64,000 bases of DNA. Source: Azolla caroliniana (lineage: Eukaryota; Plantae; Polypodiophyta). Each line of letters begins with the position of its first letter. Position 1 is the stretch's first letter. Below, piece by piece: positions 59,817-64,000 of the stretch. The DNA is taken from NCBI GenBank assembly GCA_043228905.1, contig JBHGNT010000020.1, positions 1,674,001 through 1,738,000 on the forward strand, read 5' to 3'. The notes beneath the pieces were generated by a model, which saw nothing but the letters and a program-made list of their open reading frames with translations, was not told where the DNA came from and did no database searches. The translations under genes were made by a program, and so were the position numbers.

Positions 59817-62684
59817 TCATTGTTCACCCAAATTGTCCAAAATACTTTGTTCCAGAGTTTCCACTTGTTCTTCCGGTTGTGGTTGTTGCGGCTGTGCTTG
59901 CTGCTGCTGTTGTGGTTGCGGTTGGGACTGAGGTTGTTCCGGCTGCTCTATAGGCGGCTGCTCCGTTTGTTTCTCTGACTCCGGCTGCTCCGTTTGTCTC
60001 TTTGACTCCGGCATCTCCGTTTGACTGCTTCCGGTCCGGTCTCCTTCCAGTAACGGTTCCTCATCACTGAGATTGACCGTTAGTGGTTCTCGTGCTTTCT
60101 CTTCCCGGATCCGGGACCTCTCGTAGCTTTCAAACTGGATCTGCGCCTCCAGCCTGTCGTCGTCCAGCTGAGCTACAAGTTGCCGGACTTGCCCTAGTTG
60201 GTCCTTTGCCAAGGCTTGAAAGTCTTCGGCCAGCTCATCTCTTATGCCGGTGAAGTCTTCGGAAGTCAGCATATAGCAATCATCTCCCTCCTTCCGCCGG
60301 TTCTCTACGTCGGCCCGGAGCAATTGGAGTTCCGCCGCGTTCGTGGCCCACTTGGTCCACCATTTGACGGAACCGTTGTCAATCAAGCTCTTGGTCTGGT
60401 TCAACCAGGCCCGCATGATATCCTGGATGCGACTTGCTCCCATTTGCGCTCTACTTTCCACAACTTGTCGTTCCTCCTTCAACTCCTTAATGAGATTAGC
60501 CGTATCCTCCGCCTGCTCTCTGTAGCGCGTCAGCTGCCCTTGATATGTTGTTTGCAGCCTCTGCAGTACCTCCGCCGCTCTTTCTTTTTCCGCCTGTTGT
60601 TGCCTGAGGAGCTCTGTCCGAACCTTCTCCGCCTCTTCCAACCGTCTTCTGGTTTCCGCTTGTTCCTTAGCGTATGCCGTTGCGGTCCGATCAACTGCTT
60701 GCCGGAGCTCATCTGTCTGTTCCTTGTGCTCCGTTTGCAACCGTTTATACTCCCGGTGCAAGTGGTCAAATTCCTCCGTTTTTTGTTTGAGCTTGCCGTT
60801 GATCTGGCGATGGTTCCGGTCCTCCCGGTCCTTTACCTGCCGGAGTTCCTCTTTCAGGCGCTCTACTTCTGTTTCGGCGTTTCTCCGGAGCCTGTCCTTC
60901 TCTTGCAGCATTTTCTCCTTTTCCTCCTTGAGCCGGTCGTACGCTTGGTGGCCTTTTCGTAAGCTCTCCTCGGCCCGGCGTAGATTCTCAGCAGTCTTTT
61001 TGAGTTCTGCCTCCGCTGCCGTCTTCAACTCTCTTTCGCGGCTCCTCAGCGCTTCTTGGGCAGCTAGCTCATCTTTTAAGTCCGCAAGCTCTTGGGCTTG
61101 TGCCGCATTTCTCTCCGGAACGGTTTCCATTGCCGGGGTCTGATTGCTATGTACAGGTTGATCTGACGCTTTATTCTGTACATTGCCCGGAGTCACCGGT
61201 GCTTGGACTTGTGTTGTCAAAGCCAATTGAGCCATTTCCCTTGTGACCCTGTCCAAGTCTTGTTCAAGGCTCCGGATTCTGGACCGGGCTGTCTCTAGAT
61301 CTACGGTTGTGACGAGCAACCGTTCGTGGTGCGCTCTCTCCTCCGCCTCTATGTACTCGACCACTCCGGCGATCTGCTCGCCTACCCACCGTAGCCACAT
61401 GCTACTGGTGCCTTGCTGCTATACTGGTCGGGTCGGCTCGTTCACTGTGGAATTGTCTGGCCTGAGTGCCTGTATCTGCCGTTCTGGTTCTACTCCTTGG
61501 CCGTCGTGTGTGCTGGCTGGGCTCGCCGGCTGTTGAGTTCCGGTTCTCGCCGTCTCCGGAGCCGTTGGAATGACTTCTCGTATAGAAGTCGACAAGGCCG
61601 GTTCCATACGCACCGGTTCCGGTTCCTCCCTTGTGGTTTGCTCAGGTTGAGTTGGGGGCGTTTCTTCCTCTTGCGGGTACGAACGCTCCCCCGCTGTCCC
61701 GGCGGTCCTACTTCTTGACCGTCGTTGGAGGTGCTCTTCTGGCTCCTCCGTTTCCTCTTCCTGGGTAACGGCATGTTTCTGTGCCGTCAAGGGTTCCGGT
61801 TCCTTCTGTCCCGGTCGCCGTATGGTTATCTTAACGGGTCGGACCGGTGACACCTCCTCCGGTTCTGCGAGCCGTTTCTTCCCTTTCGTCGCCTTCGACG
61901 CCAGCAGCTGCTGTCGTTTAGACGCGGGTTTCGAGGTGCTTCCTTCCGATAATCTTGGACGCTTCTTTGGCTGGACGGTCTCGACCGGCGGCACTAGCAA
62001 TGTTATCCACTGAGCTACGGCATGCCACAGCTTCCGGCCCTCCTTGCCGTCCTTTCCTCGTACCATGTCGATTGCCGCGCACAAACCGTCTGCAATCAAC
62101 ACCGGCCAATCCACCTTGGTCCCTTCATAGGTGGCTATGATCATCCCTGCCCGATTTTTTGGCATGACAGGGGGTCGGGGGTACACGTGGCCGTACTCAT
62201 GGAGCACTCGAGCTATCTCCCTGAATAGCGGATCTTCGCCGCCCTGCGTTCGATAGCCTTTGCCGGCAACAGAGTACTCACCGAAATATCGGATGAGTTG
62301 CTCCGAGGTTGGGTTATCGATCTGAAAGATACCTCCCTCTGGAAGGCCTGTTAGCGCACGGATCGCTTCCTCGGTGATGACTTCCGTGTCGAGCTCCTTG
62401 ATGACCCGGTCGGCTGCTCTGTGCGGTGGTGCCTCCATGATGGTCAAGAACCCATCCAGTCCGTGTTGCCTGAGCCATTTCCTGGCCGCTTCCGACAGCG
62501 TTTGTGGTTCCATGTCTGCTTCGAGGTCGAGGAAAGATGGCGAGGTAGAGTGGTGATGAGAGTGAGAGCGAGAGATAGAGAGTTCCGAACGTGGGGGTTC
62601 TCTGAGTGCAAGTTCGCGTTTGGTAAGCTTCCACCGCCTTGGTGCTTCTGTGCTTCTTGGCTCGCGAAATGAAAAGGTCTCCAT
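59817..62684 (-). pseudogene. Gypsy-B extra 3' ORF (~955 codons) with one TAG at 61419-61421
   Basis: ORFs 61419-62813 and 59817-61400 are in the same frame; the stop is CAG in copy 1. Confidence 0.82.
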
Positions 62685-62906
62685 GCGTTCTGCTTCTTCT
62701 CTGTGCGTCTTGGCGCCTTTTTCGAGCATGCACACGTCGTGTACCAATTTAGTATTAAGTAGCGTGGCGGCTCTTAAATGCCCACTTCGTACCTTTTCGC
62801 TCCTTGCTTTCACGTCCGTTCATACCTCGATTTTTAATGATTTCTTTTTTTCTTTTTCTTTTTTTCTTTTTTTTTTTTAAAAAATTTTAAATGACGGTAT
62901 GTGATA

Positions 62907-64000
62907 TTACACATCCGTAGGTCCCTTCGGACCCTTACCGTTTTCCTTACGGGTTGCCGTGTCTTCCTTCGCCTCTGCTACGGGTTCCCCGTCGTCTTTT
63001 TCTTCCATCCGTACCGTTCCCGGTATAGTGCCGGTGGTCTGCATAAACGGGTTCTTTGGCATCGGTCCTTTATAGGGCTTTAATCTAAATCCGTTGACCC
63101 ACTTGCCTAGTACTTCACCGGCAAGTGTCCCTAACTGATAGGACCCGTTGTATTCCCGTGTCAGCCAATACGGGCCTGTCCATCTAAACCGGAGTTTACC
63201 CGGCATCTTGCCCATCCTTGTTTGGAATACTAGCACCGGCTTTCCGATTTCGAACATCTTTTCATTACCTTTCCGGTGACGGTCAACGAACGCTTTCCGT
63301 CGTCGTTGCTCCAGTTCCATGTGTAGGATGCTGGCCAGCCGTTGCTCCTCCAGTTCGCATAGTGCTGCTAGCCGCATTTCCTCCGACTCCTTTTCATTCA
63401 GCCGTTCCCGTAGTTGGATCCGTAAGCTTGGTACCTGAAACTCCACCGGCATGACCGCCTCTAAGCCGAACGCTAACCGGAACGGCGTTGTCCGGATACT
63501 TGTTTTGTATGCCGTTCGGTACGCCCATAGCGCGCTATGGAGCTTTGTATCCCAGTCCGTCCGGTTTTCATTGACGATTTTGCGAAGAATGTTCTGCAGC
63601 GTTTTGTTGGTGGACTCTGCTAACCCGTTCGCTTGTGGGTAGTACGGTGTGCTCCGTTTATGGACCACGGCATAGAACGTTGTTAAGCTTTCAACTACCT
63701 GGCCGAGGAAGTGCCCTCCTTGGTCGCTAATTAATTCAATCGGACATCCATATCGGCACCAAATGTTCTCGTACAGGAATTTTGTTGTGGATGACGCGGT
63801 ATTGTCTCTCAAGGCCTTAGCCTCCACCCATTTAGTGCAATAATCTGTTGCCACGATGACATAACGATTACCCGTTCTCATTGCCGGTGGTTTGAACGGT
63901 CCGACAAAATCCAACCCCCACTTCTGGAATGGCTCTAGTGGAAGTACCGGTTGGTGTGGCATCCGTGCTTGCTCCGTAGGCTGGCCCATTCGTTGGCATA
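62907..64000 (-). CDS. Gypsy-B integrase (pol C-terminus), open within the window
   Basis: PFQKWGLDFVGP, SDQGGHF, YYPQANGLAE, WTGPY, VNGFRLKPY. Confidence 0.92.
   Translation of the reverse strand, partial: CQRMGQPTEQARMPHQPVLPLEPFQKWGLDFVGPFKPPAMRTGNRYVIVATDYCTKWVEAKALRDNTASSTTKFLYENIWCRYGCPIELISDQGGHFLGQVVESLTTFYAVVHKRSTPYYPQANGLAESTNKTLQNILRKIVNENRTDWDTKLHSALWAYRTAYKTSIRTTPFRLAFGLEAVMPVEFQVPSLRIQLRERLNEKESEEMRLAALCELEEQRLASILHMELEQRRRKAFVDRHRKGNEKMFEIGKPVLVFQTRMGKMPGKLRFRWTGPYWLTREYNGSYQLGTLAGEVLGKWVNGFRLKPYKGPMPKNPFMQTTGTIPGTVRMEEKDDGEPVAEAKEDTATRKENGKGPKGPTDV

Larger units (their letters stand above)
59346..64000 (-). mobile_element. Gypsy-B copy 2 (3' LTR 59346-59764, extra ORF, integrase); continues beyond the window
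   Basis: Near-identical to 40498-45130. Confidence 0.95.

Overview
Repeat-dense land-plant nuclear DNA; the element mix suggests a fern, lycophyte or gymnosperm, but the species cannot be determined. The only clear host gene is an intronless F-box gene of the At4g18380/At5g46170/AUF1-like family (23836-25110, +), lying between two nests of transposons. Left nest: a minus-strand Copia (Copia-1, 5' LTR 13668-14084) inserted in an old RTE-X-like LINE relic. It is interrupted by a related Copia (LTR 31-297), a complete plus-strand Tnt1/Tork-like Copia (1896-8198, TSD ATATA), and three 1.1-1.6 kb non-coding TGTCGTGA...TCACGACA elements. All three sit at CpG-centred 4-bp sites (duplicated on both sides in two), and two carry a tRNA-like Pol III module. 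Two young RTE-X-like LINEs with (ATCT)n tails lie at ~14438-18666 and ~31315-35960. Right nest: a large minus-strand non-chromovirus Gypsy (Gypsy-A, 3' LTR 31162-36346) whose integrase is followed in frame by a retropepsin and a duplicated 96-aa Trp-rich domain, then a 33-bp hairpin array and a ~1200-codon extra ORF. It is interrupted by a LINE, a Copia (38457-53346, TSD CGTTG) containing a full Tat-like Gypsy-B (40498-50342, TSD CAAAA), and a Copia LTR (58959-) containing a second Gypsy-B. The best novelty candidates are the integrase-protease fusion with its hairpin array, and the CpG-targeting 4-bp-TSD family with a tRNA-derived module. All calls were made by eye, without database searches.
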